A DNA stretch of 64,000 bases from Heteronotia binoei (lineage: Eukaryota). A model generated the notes under the pieces. That model did no database searches. It was not told where the DNA came from and saw only the letters and a list, made by a program, of their open reading frames with translations. Both the position numbers and the translations under genes were made by a program. Position 1 is the stretch's first letter. Every line of letters starts with the position of its first letter. The stretch is taken from positions 62,496,001 to 62,560,000 of the forward strand of contig NC_083232.1 of NCBI RefSeq assembly GCF_032191835.1, written 5' to 3'. Of the stretch, positions 26,800 to 39,590 are shown in pieces.

Positions 26800-27082
26800 G
26801 ATGATGATGGTGATGAAGAAGAAGAAATTGGATTTATATCCCACCTTCCATTCTGAATCTCAGAGTCGCTCACAATCTTTTTTATCTACCTCCCTCACAA
26901 CAGATACCCTGTGAGGTGGGTGGGGCTGAGAGAACTCTCACAGAAGCTGCCCTTTAAAGGACAGCTCTGCAAGAGCTATGGCTAACCCAAGACCATTCCA
27001 GTAGCTGCAAGTGGAGGAGTGGGGAATCAAATCCACTTTTCCCAGATAAGAGCCCGCACACTTAACCATTACACCAAACTGG
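26800..27082 (-). mobile_element. Full-length Squam3-like SINE
   Basis: Reverse complement of 49677-49955 from head (cacttaaccattacaccaaactgg) to (GAA/GAT)n tail. Confidence 0.85.
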
Positions 27083-27427
27083 TTACAATTTTTGTTACTC
27101 TTTAACATTTTAAACATTTCTACTTTTTAACTGATATTCACAGCAGATGCAAAACTAATTAAAAACTAAAAGCCAAGGTGAAATGTATTTGAACAGTTAG
27201 TACTCAAAAACTAGCTCTTTTCAGATATTCCCTGCGAGTAGCAGGAGGGCACCTGGAAGGGAGCAGGACCACCATGCATGCACCCAACCTATGATATTCA
27301 CAGGAAGAACTGTAGATGGTGCTTGCGTACAGCCTGTGAATATGTTTAGGAACTCTCCAGGAGTTCTTACCATGACTCCCAATCACACTGAGACAACAGT
27401 ATATGTGTAGACTACATATTTAAGGAC

Positions 27428-27587
27428 CAGGGCTTTTTTAGTAGCAGGAACTCCTTCCCGTATTAGGCACACACTCCTTTTGTAGCAAATCCTTTAAGAG
27501 CTTACAGGGCTGTTAGTACAGGGCCTACTGTAAACTCCAGGAAGATTGGCTACATCAGGGGTGTGTGGCCTAATATGCAAAGGAGTT
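27428..27587. mobile_element. Truncated hAT MITE (family of the 13248 copy)
   Basis: Colinear with 13248-13426 but lacks the right TIR. Confidence 0.75.
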
Positions 27588-27602
27588 AAGGAGAATCAAA
27601 TG

Positions 27603-27721
27603 CAGAGCTTTTTTTGTAGGAAAAAACCCAGCAGGAACTCATTAGCATATTAGGCCACACAGCCTGACTCCAAGCCAGCCGGAACTATGTTCCTGTGCGT
27701 TCCTGCTCAAAAAAAGCCATG
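27603..27721. mobile_element. hAT MITE, CAGGGCTTTTTT-TIR family (119 bp)
   Basis: cagagctttttt / aaaaaaagccatg; perfect TSD atcaaatg (27595-27602, 27722-27729). Confidence 0.88.
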
Positions 27722-28582
27722 ATCAAATGTATGTATTGGGAGAGCAGAACTTTGAATTTAGTAATAATCCATAGATGTCCATAGTTTGTTCACCTACACA
27801 TTTGAAGGAAAAATACACATTTGCTTGGTGAATGCCACAGAAATCATAGAACACAGTTTTAGCAATGCATAGTTTTAGCAATTCTGCTTTTACTGGAAAG
27901 GGAGGAAAAGCAGAACATGACTCCTGTTCAAGCAGACAAGAGACACGTCTCCTGTTCAAGCAGACAAGTTGTGGTTTTCTCCTTTTCTTGTTTTTACCAT
28001 TTTCTAATAATTGCAGGACATATTAACGATATACCATGTACCTCCTACTACCCCAGGAGAGGATAAGGGAACAAACTGAAAGTGGCTAGTCCAATCCTAA
28101 CTGGAAAGAGGTAAGAACTAAGTTTTCATTAAAGGCACAGTTGGAGTGAGACCACTGCAACCAGTCTCATGGTTCTCAATTTTCACATATTTAATATTGG
28201 CCTTCTAACAGCAGTATGACATTCGAAACATATATTTTCTTTTGTATGCATCTAATGTTCCATTTTGACTCCTGTTCTTAGAAAACACATGCTGAACTTT
28301 TATACATTTAATTCCTGTTCATAATGTGGATTATAGCGGAAACCTGTTGGGAAGGGGGAGAGGTTTAATGTTTAAAGGGCTTTGCTGGCATGACATCTAC
28401 TTAATTGAACGAAGCTTGAACTGCTCAGGCAGTTCAAAAGCAGCAATATTAGCAACAGCCTAAATAGCATTTTCAAAGTAAGATGCCAGCAATCAGTACC
28501 TTAAAATCTTTTTGGCTTTCATCAGTGCTTATAATTACTAGGCACTTCTAAATCTTTGAACATTTTATTCTGTGTTGCTTAC

Positions 28583-28594
28583 TGGAGATTTCAT
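28583..28594 (-). other. Candidate alternative first coding micro-segment (ATG AAA TCT CCA|GTAAGC) of ZNF385D
   Basis: Strong donor, phase 0 (as needed to join the next ZNF385D exon), in a stretch with no recognisable TE; no transcript evidence. Confidence 0.3.
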
Positions 28595-29234
28595 ATTTAT
28601 TTCTTCGGGTGTTTGCCAGTTTTTCTAAAGTCAATGTAGTCAAGACCCACCATAACTGCTTTCTTCTTTGTGCTGGGGTACATGACAGCAGTTTTTGTCT
28701 GAAAAAAGTCTTTTTATTATTCTTTCCATTTTTTTTCATTCTCTTTGTAACTGCAACTCTATTTCAAAGAAAAACTTCTTTAAGAAGAAAAATTCAGAGC
28801 TCTTATTTGTGCAACCGGGAGATAAGCGGAATAACATGGAATAATTTCATATTTTTGCCTCTAAAGATTAGACAAAAATGGAATTAGATTTACAGCCAAC
28901 ATTCCTCCCAACAACAGCAATGAATAGATTGGGAAGAAGGGGGTGGGGGTGGGGGAAATTCTTCCAAAAGTGTCATTTTGCATTCACTTCTCTGCAAAGA
29001 AACTGGTTTCACTTCCAAAAACGTTCACCCTCTTTTCTTCTAAACTCTGGCAGCTGCCATGGAAACAACAAATATTCTGTAGCTGTGTAAGTAATGCTGT
29101 TATTTACTACCTGACTATTCATCAAGTGGACTGGATTAAGGCATTTTTCAGCCAGAAAACTATAAAGTGTTTTATTCTGGAAATGACAAACACAGAAGAA
29201 AAGGGGCTGGTCTAATAGTGAGGTGAGATGTAGC

Positions 29235-29575
29235 AAAAGCAGTCAAGGATTATAACAAAGTCTGACCAAATAATATCAATCAGACTTCACAGAAAGCTTA
29301 TCAACACACCTGTCATTCAATTTATGCCCCAACTATAGATGCAGATAAGTAGGAAATTGAAAACTTTTATGCAAATATCCAGAAAGAAATTGATCACATA
29401 CCAAAACAAGATGTGCTGATAATCATAGGTGACTGAAATGCAAAGGTAGGAACCAAAGCAGAATCAAATATTGTTGGAAGATTCAGGCTAGGAGCATGAA
29501 ATGAAGCAGGGGAGTGTTGCATAGAATTCTGTAAAAACAATTTGTTAATTACGAACATATGTTTCAGGCCATCAC
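29235..29575 (+). mobile_element. RTE/BovB-clade LINE endonuclease fragment, degenerate
   Basis: Translates with breaks to YAPT...EIDHIPKQDVLIIIGD*NAKVG...IVGRFRLG.*NEAG. Confidence 0.75.
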
Positions 29576-29589
29576 TGGATAGCCTATAT

Positions 29590-29725
29590 CAGGGGTGGCC
29601 AATGGTAGCACTCCAGATGTTTTTTGCCTACAACGCCCATCAGCCCCAGCCAGCATGGCCAATGGCTGGGGCTGATGGGAGTTGTAGGCAAAAAACATCT
29701 GGAGAGCTACCGTTGGCCACCCCTG
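29590..29725. mobile_element. Palindromic hAT MITE (136 bp), same family as 6999-7117
   Basis: caggggtggccaa / ttggccacccctg; TSD gcctatat/gcctatac (7/8). Confidence 0.92.
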
Positions 29726-30842
29726 GCCTATACAGAATTCAAATTCCTATGCTATAGAAATATATATTTTCAAGATTTTTTGTTAAAATAAAATAATATT
29801 GGCAATGATTAATATGCTATAATGTGTTTACTGATAATACCTTATTGAAGAGATCAGTTATTTCAATGTTATAAATGATAGTTTACTATTCAAACAAGCT
29901 GGCAGTCCTACCAATTGTGATTCTGATTGAGTTTCTGTCCAAATAATATACTTTCTTCTGTTCACTCCTGATTTTTTTAACTTTAAAATCGCAAAACTTA
30001 AAAATAATATGCTATGGTAGCAGACATTCAGCAGTCTGCAAACCTTCTTTTGTACTAGGTACACTTCTAATCGTTCTTATGGAAAACAAACATATTAATA
30101 TTTTAAAATTCCATAAATAAGCCAAACTTTACAATTTTGTATGCTTCTAAATTTTGTATGTTTGTATAAAATACAAACAATTAATTTTATGTTGTTTAAC
30201 CAAGTTTAGGTTTTATAGGAAATTAGGATTTTTATATATTTCCAGGTCCCCAGAAACGGGGGGGGGGGGGGGGGGAGAGGATGTATTTCCACCTATTTTT
30301 CTCCATAACCTCAAAAAAAAAATCAGAAATTTTACATCTTTAGTTCTATCACTAGCTAAAGCTGAGAGCTATGCATAGAGGTATGCACACAAAGAAACAC
30401 AACAGAAAGACAGAATAAAAATAAATGAAGAACCTACAGATGAAAAGCAACATGTTGCAAGTATTGAGGCAATTCTAAATTCTCTGTCCTGAAGGAAAAA
30501 TAAAACTCTAATGGGACAATGGCAGATTTGGGGGAATGACAATTTCCCCTCCCACCAGACACCAGCTGGCCATTGAATATTGCCTTGACAAAGAGCTAGA
30601 GGAATAATTCTACTTCATCACTGAACTCTTGTCATGATCACAAGATGGGGTGTACACATGGCCACTACCTCAGCATCGTTGTGCTCTGTAACAACCAGGC
30701 AATCGTGCAGAGGTAGGGGGCCTGATTGTCTACAGACTGTGACCACACAGAGGAAGTGGTCATGTGTACACCCCCTCCCCATGATCAGGAAGGCTTGTCT
30801 CTTCCAACCTTTTTCTATTGTACTTAACAACAGAGTTTAACT

Positions 30843-32213
30843 CAGAGGTGTAGAACTCATTTGTTATGAACGATGGATCTTTCATAAATGAGACCTTATT
30901 GGGCCAGGCCATGTGTGTTATAAAATGTAATGCCAGGTAGCAGAGATATAAACTTTATAAAGGACACAGACAAACATAATTTAAGATTTTAAAAAACTTT
31001 AAACAAAATATGCTTTAAAAGATTAGCACTCTCGCAATATTGTGTTTATTTAACAGTTTCTGATAACTGTTCTGATAACTGACACCACTTGCTCTGAATT
31101 ATTGCATCAAAATCTGGAGATAATGTCTATGCTGTAGCAGTCTTGAGTATGTTGCTCAGGTGTGTATCCGAAAGTTGCAAACCTACTTTTAATTTATTTA
31201 CATTCCTTACAGAAATCTCACGGTCAATGTTTTGAGTCTAAGACCCAAAGGAAAACATGAAGCAGCCGGGCATTGTGAGCTTTTGCACCTAAGTTGTTTC
31301 ATGTGCTAGTCAAGAGCATGTGAAGGCACCATGACACAGACTGAGGGCTATGTGTTTGTCTACAAAACTATAGTCTTTCCCCAGAGAAATAACCAACTCC
31401 CACAAGGTAGTGCAAGAATACAGAGACAGCAATGTATAGTGGTCAGTATCAGCCTACTTATCTGGGAAGCCTAGGTTAAAAATCCCTAGTCTTCAAAGGA
31501 AATGTGCTTAGTGAGCTTGGTCTGGACACACACTCTCCACTTAATCTCTCTCACTGGCTTGTTGTTATTCATCTAAATAGTTCACACTGCTTTCCTACTG
31601 AGAAAGACATTCATGAAGGCATGAATACAATGAAAAGGGGGAAGCAAACACAGTTGCTCCCAGGAGATCCCTGGCATAATGAACTAACTAACTAACTAAC
31701 TAATTCTCTGTCTCTGTCACTCTGTCTCTGTGTAGCGAGGCACAGAGCTCTGTCTCTCTGTAGCAAGACAAAAAGCTCATACCTTGAATAAAGCATTGTT
31801 GATCTTAAAAGGTGCTTTGTATCGCTCCTGGGCAATTGAGCGAACTGGGCAAAGGATGCTCTTGTGCTCCTTCTCTCTCTTCCTTCCCAGGAGACAAGGT
31901 GGGGGAGGAGCCTCAGCCAATAGAAGGAAGACAGGCTTGCCTCAGTAGCTCTATTGTGCAACTGAGAGAGCCTGGCAAAGCAAGCTCTTCCTTCCCTCCC
32001 TTCCTCTCCAAGCAAGGAGTCTCATCCAATAGAGAAAATAGAGGCTTTGCTCTGTAGCTCCTGTGTGATTGAGAGAGCCTGGCAAGGCAAGCTGACACAC
32101 AAAAGGAAGCAAGAGAGGGAGAAGGAAGAAGACGACAGTGAGTTGCTTGCAGGACTGTTAGGAACTCTCTGGGGGCCTGTTACGGCCTGTGAGCCACAAG
32201 TCTGATACCCCAG
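30843..32213. mobile_element. Non-autonomous hAT element (1.37 kb) with nested SINE and Penelope-like fragments
   Basis: cagaggtgtagaactc...tctgataccccag termini; perfect TSD gtttaact (30835-30842, 32214-32221). Confidence 0.8.
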
Positions 32214-33549
32214 GTTTAACTCTCATTTATGCTTTGCATATTTCTTTTCCATATTATTATATGTCTGTTATTTCCCTGTTCTTATGCTGCATTCTTTTGG
32301 CCAGCACTCCTGCAATTAAATTTGCTTGCATTCCTGTGGAATAACTTTGCTATTTCAGAACTGTTGCAATTCCACTAACAGCCCCTTTGATACTTAGCTG
32401 TTTTGATAGCATAACAGACACCTCATGTCTAAACATTATTAAAATTGAAATTGCTTTCTGTAGAAAATAAGAGACCTCTACATATCTGTGAAAGAATCAC
32501 AAACATTTTGTGTACCATCTCTGGGCTCTCAATGAGTAGCAGTTCCTTTTTGTGTGAGTTTTAAACCAGTGGGATGTATTTCCAAGAAAATACGTTTAGC
32601 AATTTATTCTCAGCTAACATACTTCAATTTGAAGAACTACTACCTGGGTGTATCCTATGGGTGACAGAAAATCAAAACCATTTTCTGAATTATGTCATCA
32701 GCTTTTGGGATAATGTGCTTGAATTTGATCTTGAGTAGTCTCACTAGTAACATACAACTGAATTATTCTTCATAAATAAATCTTCAAAATCCCCTATTGT
32801 TCATATTCCATGGCTGTGAGATGGAACGACCTTATGTAAATGCCACCTTAGCAGTTTCTCTCACAGGTGTAGCCAAATTGCTTTTGCTATAAATGTCACT
32901 GCAATTATTACAGTTTCCCTCCCAAAATATGTTTAAAACCCACTGTGCTAAACCTTTTACGCTGTGCCTTGCTGAAACTCTTCCAATTGACAAAACAGTT
33001 GAAAATATATAATAGGTAGCTACAGAACATTGCATAGGGCAGTACTGAATACAGAATATTTTTATGGTCTGTTCAGTGATTCCTGTTCAGAAGGGAAGTT
33101 AACATTAAGTAATGTAGAGCAAAAAGAAGTGGAAAAAGGAGCTGGGGGGGGGGAGGGAGAGAATCAATAATAACAAATGGGGAAAATACTTCTGAAACAG
33201 GTATTCATTATAAAAGTACATGAAAAAAAAATTCAAAATGCCGATAACTAATTCTATATACCTAATTCTGAACATGAACCCAGACTGCAGAACAAAATAA
33301 CTGCACAATTTGGTAATGTACAGTGGTGATTTTTCTACTAATCCTGCTGAAACCCTAGATTTGCTTAAAAATCTGAAGAAAAAAAATAGTTTCCCATTTA
33401 AACTGTAAGTTAAATGAAAAAATGAGATCCTCTGAGATCTAGTCACTATTGTGGGGTATTGCCTACCAACCCCATAAACATTGTTGAAGATGGTGGTAGG
33501 TAAAAAGAACATATGTGGAATATAAGGAGGAAGGGAGAAATGCATAGAT

Positions 33550-33826
33550 CAGGGGGGCCAAACTGTGGCTTGGGAGCCACATGTGGCTCTTTCACACACA
33601 CTATTTGTCTTTCAAAGCCCCCACCACCCTGTTGGCTGGCTAGGAGAAGGCATTTGTCTCTTTAAATCACTTCTCCAGGTCAAGCCATCTGGTGGTTTTG
33701 AGAATGCATTTAAAGTTAAAGTAGTTTGCTTTCTTTCCACCCTGTCTTTCTCCCTGTCTTGCAGCTCTCGAACATCTGAAATTTATTCTGTGTGGCTCTT
33801 ACATTAAGCAAGTTTGGCAACCCCTG
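33550..33826. mobile_element. hAT MITE, same family as 16652-16975
   Basis: caggggggccaaact / agtttggcaacccctg; TSD gcatagat/ccttagat (6/8). Confidence 0.85.
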
Positions 33827-34309
33827 CCTTAGATAGGGCAGGGGAAAAAAAAGAGGAGATCTAGAATATAGGGGCAGAGCTGAACCTAGACTTTTTGGCA
33901 CCTTGAGCAAGGCTAATTACTTGCACCCTCTAGTGTCACGCTGCAGCAGCAACCCATTTCTCCAGTCTATCCTATGGGTCCATAGGATAGAATGAAGAGA
34001 TCAGGCTGCCACTGTGGTGTGACCCCAGACAAGGGGTTTAAAGTTGAAAACCCCTTCTCTAGTGTTGCTTCACAGAGGCAGCCCAATCTTTCCATTTTAT
34101 CCTATGGGTCCATAGGGTAGAATGGACTCCATTCTATCTTATGGGCTTAAAGGAGAGATCAGGCTGCATCAGAGAAGGGGTTGCCCTGCCAGCCTGTGCC
34201 TCTTAAAGACTCCAAGAAGCTTTTTCCTGCTTTTGGACCCCTGGGGTTCAAAAGCAGGAAGAAAGTCCCACTGGCTGTGCCTCTCAGAGGTGGCAACTGT
34301 CAAGTTTCC

Positions 34310-34490
34310 TCTGACTTATGTTGACCTAATAGGGTTTTCAAGGCAAGAGACCTACAGAGGTGATTTGGTATTGCCTGCTTCTGTGTAGTAGCCCTGGTAT
34401 TCCTTGGTGACACCCCCCCTCCTAATACTAACCAGGGCTGACCCCGCTTAGCTTCCAAGATTTTACAAGATTGGGTTGGCCTAGGCCTGC
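34310..34490 (-). mobile_element. 5S rRNA-derived SINE
   Basis: Reverse strand reads atcttggaagctaagcggggtcagccctggttagtatta (5S-like), followed by a non-5S tail. Confidence 0.7.
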
Positions 34491-35065
34491 TAAGACAGGG
34501 TGCAATCAATGTGGCTTGATATTATCACTTGATATTATCACTAGTAAGATGGTATTGCAAAAAAGTCCACCTCCTCCCAAGACCTCTACATCTGTACACT
34601 CCCTGAAGACCCTCTGACTTAGCTACTGGACACCTGGATAAAATCACCCAGTTTAATATCAAAAGGGGGGGCATGAATTATCAGGAATTTGTCGTGTGCT
34701 CTCTCACAGAAGTAGCCCTCCTGTTGGAACGCTCCAAATGTTCTCAGCCTCAAAGAGCCCTCTCATACTCAGGAATAACTCTTTCAGGTTTGCTGGGTTA
34801 TAGGCTACAGAATCCTCCGTACTGTACTGTCTGTCCCAGAAATTCAACCGCCGAACTACAGTAATGTTATGAAGCTGCTGCTCAGCTTTTGTCAGACCAG
34901 TCTAAGCTGGTCCATTGTTTCAGCAACTCATCACTTCATCTAAATCATTCCATGGCTGTGAGATAGAACAATCTTATGTAAATGCCCAAACCAGTCCCTG
35001 CACCCAATCTGTCATGCTAAAGGTGTTCCCTTTTCCACCTGTGTACACACTAAGCCAACATCATT

Positions 35066-35284
35066 GGGAGGGACGGTGGCTCAGTGGTAGAGCATCTGCT
35101 TGGGAAGCAGAAGGTCCCAGGTTCAATCCCCGGCATCTCCAAAAAAGGGTCCAGGCAAATAGGTGTGAAAAACCTCAGCTTGAGACCCTGGAGAGCCGCT
35201 GCCAGTCTGAGAAGACAATGCTGACTTTGATGGACCAAGGGTCTGATTCAGTATAAGGCAGCTTCATATGTTCATATATGTTCA
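35066..35284 (+). mobile_element. Young full-length tRNA-derived SINE (Squam2-like)
   Basis: Pol III A box tggctcagtgg (35077-35087) and B box ggttcaatccc (35120-35130); CR1-like 3' end gatggaccaagggtctgattcagtataaggcagcttcatatgttca. Confidence 0.88.
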
Positions 35285-37562
35285 AATCATGGTGTCTTTT
35301 TGTCTATGTCTACGCAGCTGTCAGTTCTGATGTAATAACCCTTCCGGGGTGGGAGGAAGGGTAAGAAAGATGGAGGAGACACAGAACACTTAAAAGAACA
35401 CAATTCTACTAACCTGACTGACACATGGAAAAATCAGTATACAAATATATGTAAATCAGCACAATCCTGCCAACAGTAGCAATTCAAACCCAAATACATG
35501 ATATAAATTAGGAAATGTTTCTCCCAGAGTCAACATTAATGAGGGTAGGAGAGAAACACAGAGTGCATGCAGATGTGAAAAATCAGTAAAATATGGGGCA
35601 TGTGGAAACAGGAGGGGGATGAGACAAAAGCAAGTCATGTGTTACTTAACCTTCCTGAACCTGATTCCCTTTCTTCTGCCCTGGACCTCAACTCAATATA
35701 CTCTTCAGGATAAGGCAAAATCCCCCCTTCAACTTTTATTTCCCCTTAGATTCTCCATTTACCCCAATTTTACCTCACTTCAGTAACAACCAGGTGTGGC
35801 ATTGATAGGGCTGCACTAGTGCATTGCAACATTGTTTTATGTTTATGTTTCCCCTTGCACTTCACCTTTCAGTGGCATCCACTATGCAACAAGAAGCAGT
35901 TGTCAGAAGCTGAAGAATGAGAAGCCCCAATGCACATGGACAAGTCCTTGAATGTACCTAAAGATGCATTTAAAAGTACTAATATGAGTCACTGCTGTGT
36001 AGACTATTCCTTCACCATCTAGTGATTGTGTGTGTATGTGAGTTGAGTGACTTCTGCATGAGAGACTTCCTGAATGGTACTGTGAAACTCCCCACTACAA
36101 CCCACTTTACAGTGTACTCTTCCATGCAGCCTCTGGACATTTATAGTGAGGAAGCAATTATTTATATATATTCTATCTGTAAAGCCTACATAAAATTTAC
36201 ATATTTTAAATAAACGAATGCATTAGTCTTATCAGCAGCTACATGGGGCTCTCCCTCTTCCCCTCTTCATTCTTTCACCCTTTCTGCCTATGATAATTAA
36301 GTCATTTCTTTAAGTGATTACTTTTGACTAATTGCAGCTTTTTAAGAACAGGTTAATAACTACCATCCATATTTAAACTGCAGATTTTAAGACTGATGCT
36401 TATTATGCATCCAGTAAAGATTTTATACTCTTTACAAAATAAAATAACCATTGATCTTTTCCAGCCAGGCACTATTAAAACAAAAGCTGTAAACCTCAGC
36501 TGATTAAAACATTACTTAAAAGCTATATTAAAATTTATTTTTAAGCATTTTCACTCATCAAAACTTGACAAATCTGAAGAGCACTTCATTTAATTAACTC
36601 TGTGGGAATGTTTTGCATGCAAAACAAGTGCCCAAGGGACAGTCAGTGCATGGTGAAGGACTGTGCTATTATTGCATAGGATGCTACAATTTACAGGGAG
36701 CTACTTAATCTCACTTCCCATTGCGCCATCCCTTCTAGCATATGTTAAAGGCAGGAAGAGATAACTAGAAAGTCTTGCATATAAATCCCAAACATCAGTT
36801 CAAAAATAAACTCCTGTATAGAATAAAATTAAGGCCATCCAATAACTCCAATAACATACAGGACATCCTCCAACCTACTCTCTAACCAAAAGTCTTGTTC
36901 TGAACACTGCAGACCAGTTAAGTCAGGTCTTCTCTGGAGCAGCACACCTGAGTCTAGAATGCAAGACTTGAGAGGTTCCAGCCAGAAACTGGAGATGGCA
37001 GCCAGGCTTATGCCTAGTGGACCAGTTGATCCAACAAGGTAGCCTTCTCAAGCCTCAGCCTAAATAGGCTGGCAACTAAGCAGGCTCAGCTGCCCTGCTA
37101 GAAAGGGGTTGAGCTCCTGAGACTATACTATGCTTTGTCCAGGATGCTGTAAAGAATTATTTCTTTCACTGCCTGGATCTGGGAAGGGGTGGCATGCAGT
37201 CACTTTGCCTGCTTTGAGCCATTGCAGTGCAGACCTTCTGCCACTGCTATTCCTAAACAGTGAGAGCATCCCCTGAGGAGCTATGAGCCCAAGTTCACAT
37301 CCAGTCTGGTGGACCCCTAGTGGTTATTTCAGGGGCTGGTGGTGAGGTCTCCTTTGAAGGGAGGCTTTGGGGAGCAGGGCTCCAGTTCTACTGGAACATT
37401 GGCAGCAGGCACCTGTGCAGTGCTGGGCTACCTCTGATGTACCTTTGTCTCTTAATTGGCTGCGCAAAGAAGATCATGACATTTCTGAGTCCTTCAAAAT
37501 ATGTTTTCCTCTGAGTAGAATAGTATTCAATATGCCACTCCATCTGATAATCTGTGTTGTAC

Positions 37563-37745
37563 CTAGCCCAGATGGCCCAGGCTAGCCTTATCTCATCAGA
37601 TATTAAGCAGGGTTGTTCGTAAGTTTATGGAAGGGAGATCACCCAGGATCACTACACAGAGGCAGGCAATGGCAAACCACCTCTGAACATCTCTCATTTT
37701 GCAAACCCTGGGGTACCAGCTACAACTTGATGGCACTTTCCACCA
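37563..37745 (+). mobile_element. Degenerate 5S-derived SINE
   Basis: tatctcatcagatattaagcagggt...ggaagggagatcacc...gaggcaggcaatggcaaaccacctctg. Confidence 0.6.
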
Positions 37746-37849
37746 CCAATTAAGGGCACTGCTACTTGGCAAGTCCTTGAGGGTCCTTAGCTAAAACAAG
37801 CAAAAAGAAAACTAGAGCCTCAATGCTACTCTACTGAATTCATTATTGC

Positions 37850-38060
37850 TGCTGCTCTCAAGCTGACTTATGGTGACCCCATAGGGTCTTCAAGACAAGA
37901 AATGTTCGGAGGTGGTTTGCCATTGTTTGCCTCCATGCCATGATCCTGGTATTTCTTAGTGGTGTCCCTTCCAAACACTAGCCAGGGTTGACCATGCATT
38001 GGTTCCAAAGTCTGATGAGAAGTGACACATGGTCAGCCCTGGCTAGTGTTTGGAAGGGAG
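37850..38060 (-). mobile_element. 5S-derived SINE remnant with fold-back duplication
   Basis: Similar to 34310-34490; 32-bp inverted arms at 37965-37996 and 38028-38059. Confidence 0.6.
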
Positions 38061-39590
38061 ACATAACCTGAATAAGCATAACGAAAAAGTGCAAATCTGT
38101 ATCATGACATCCTTTATAAGACAGAACACAATTCCAAACAAATATTCAACTACATTCTCATTTTCTTAATACCATTCATCTTTGGTCAACACTGAGAAGG
38201 AATTCTGATCTAAAAAAAATCTTAGCAGATTGCAGCATGAGCAGGAGTCCTGTGTCTTTAAATAGGTCACAGAGACAGAAACCATACCTTTAATTCTTCC
38301 TTCCTTTTAGCTAAAACAATTCAGGCCCTTTCACATATTGGTATAGGAGGGAAACCTAATAAATAAGTGGTAAGAACGTACTTTGCAAGCACAAGGTTCT
38401 AAATTAACTCAGTGGCATTTCCAGTTAAAACAGATCACATAGCAAGTGTTGGGAAAGGCCTTTCTCTGCCTGAGACCTTGGACAAATATTACCAGTCAGT
38501 GTATAGAGTACTGGGGTAGATAGACTAATGGTCTGACCTCATAAGATAGTTCATATGCTGCTTACTACACAACCTTGAATGGGCTGTTGTCTCCCAAAGT
38601 CCCAGGTTCATAGTTGCGGTACACATCTTGATTCAGTACCGCTCCTGGATGTTTACTATGGCCATAACTACCTTTTACTTGGTACATCATCCACAGCCCT
38701 TCCTAGCAAACTCTGACCATTCCCAGGGGCACTAGGGGTTCTAGCACCCTAGGTCCCAGCCCTGCAGCGGCAAAGGTGAATGCAGCGGCAGCAGGGTGGC
38801 ACAGCAAGAGAGGGAGGGCTCAGAGAACCTCCACTCAGTCTTCCCAGGTCTCTGTGTTTCTGCTCCTTCACCTTCAGGCAGGTGAGCAGACAGGCGTTGT
38901 ACCCGCAACTGCCTGCTTTCCCTCTCTCCCTCACAGAGACACGTAGGGTGTGCAGCTCAGGCAAGAGAGCAAACCCCCCACATAACGCTTACCAGCGGCT
39001 GGTCAGGCAGCATACATGCCTTCCTTCAGAACACCAATTCAGGTGGGATAATCCTCTCAAGAGTGAGCAATACTTATGGGCTGTGGATGGGATGGAGGGA
39101 TTGGGATGTGGGCAGGAGGAGACTGGCTCCTTCAGAAACTTTCCTCCTGCTCTGCAAACATGTGTCTGAAAGTCCCAGTCTCAGTCAAGGCTGAAAGAAA
39201 GGGGAGTCAAGGCAGCCATCCAAGGAAACAGGCTGCACGGAGGCTCCTCTGGTGGTAGGCAGGGCTTTCTCCAGAAACTGCTGCTGCCACATGCGCCCAC
39301 TCCGCTCCCTCTGGTGCCACTGCCAAATCACTGACCATTTCATTAACAGAATGCCAGGAAAGTGAGTCTCTTTGGAGCCAAGGCAGCCATGGTGAGTCCA
39401 CAAGCCCCAGCCTACCACCGACCTGTGGTGCTGGGAAATGGAGTCTGCCAAGAAGGCTGGTGTAGCTGCCTTCAGGAGCTGCCCTGTGGCCAGGTGGCCA
39501 CCCTAGGCAGCCGCCTACTCAGCCTACTCCTACGTGCAGGCTCTGACCAGGGTTTGCTTTCTTTCTTAATTCTTACCATTTCTTACACCT

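Noticed and set aside
34400-34490. 5S rRNA gene
   Set aside because: Partial, diverged and fused to a SINE tail.
35066-35140. tRNA gene
   Set aside because: The A/B boxes continue into a SINE body and CR1-like tail, and related decayed copies are present.
38005-38025. Hammerhead core (ctgatga) in the hairpin loop
   Set aside because: It is a decayed reverse complement of the 5S head; no correctly placed stem II/GAAA.
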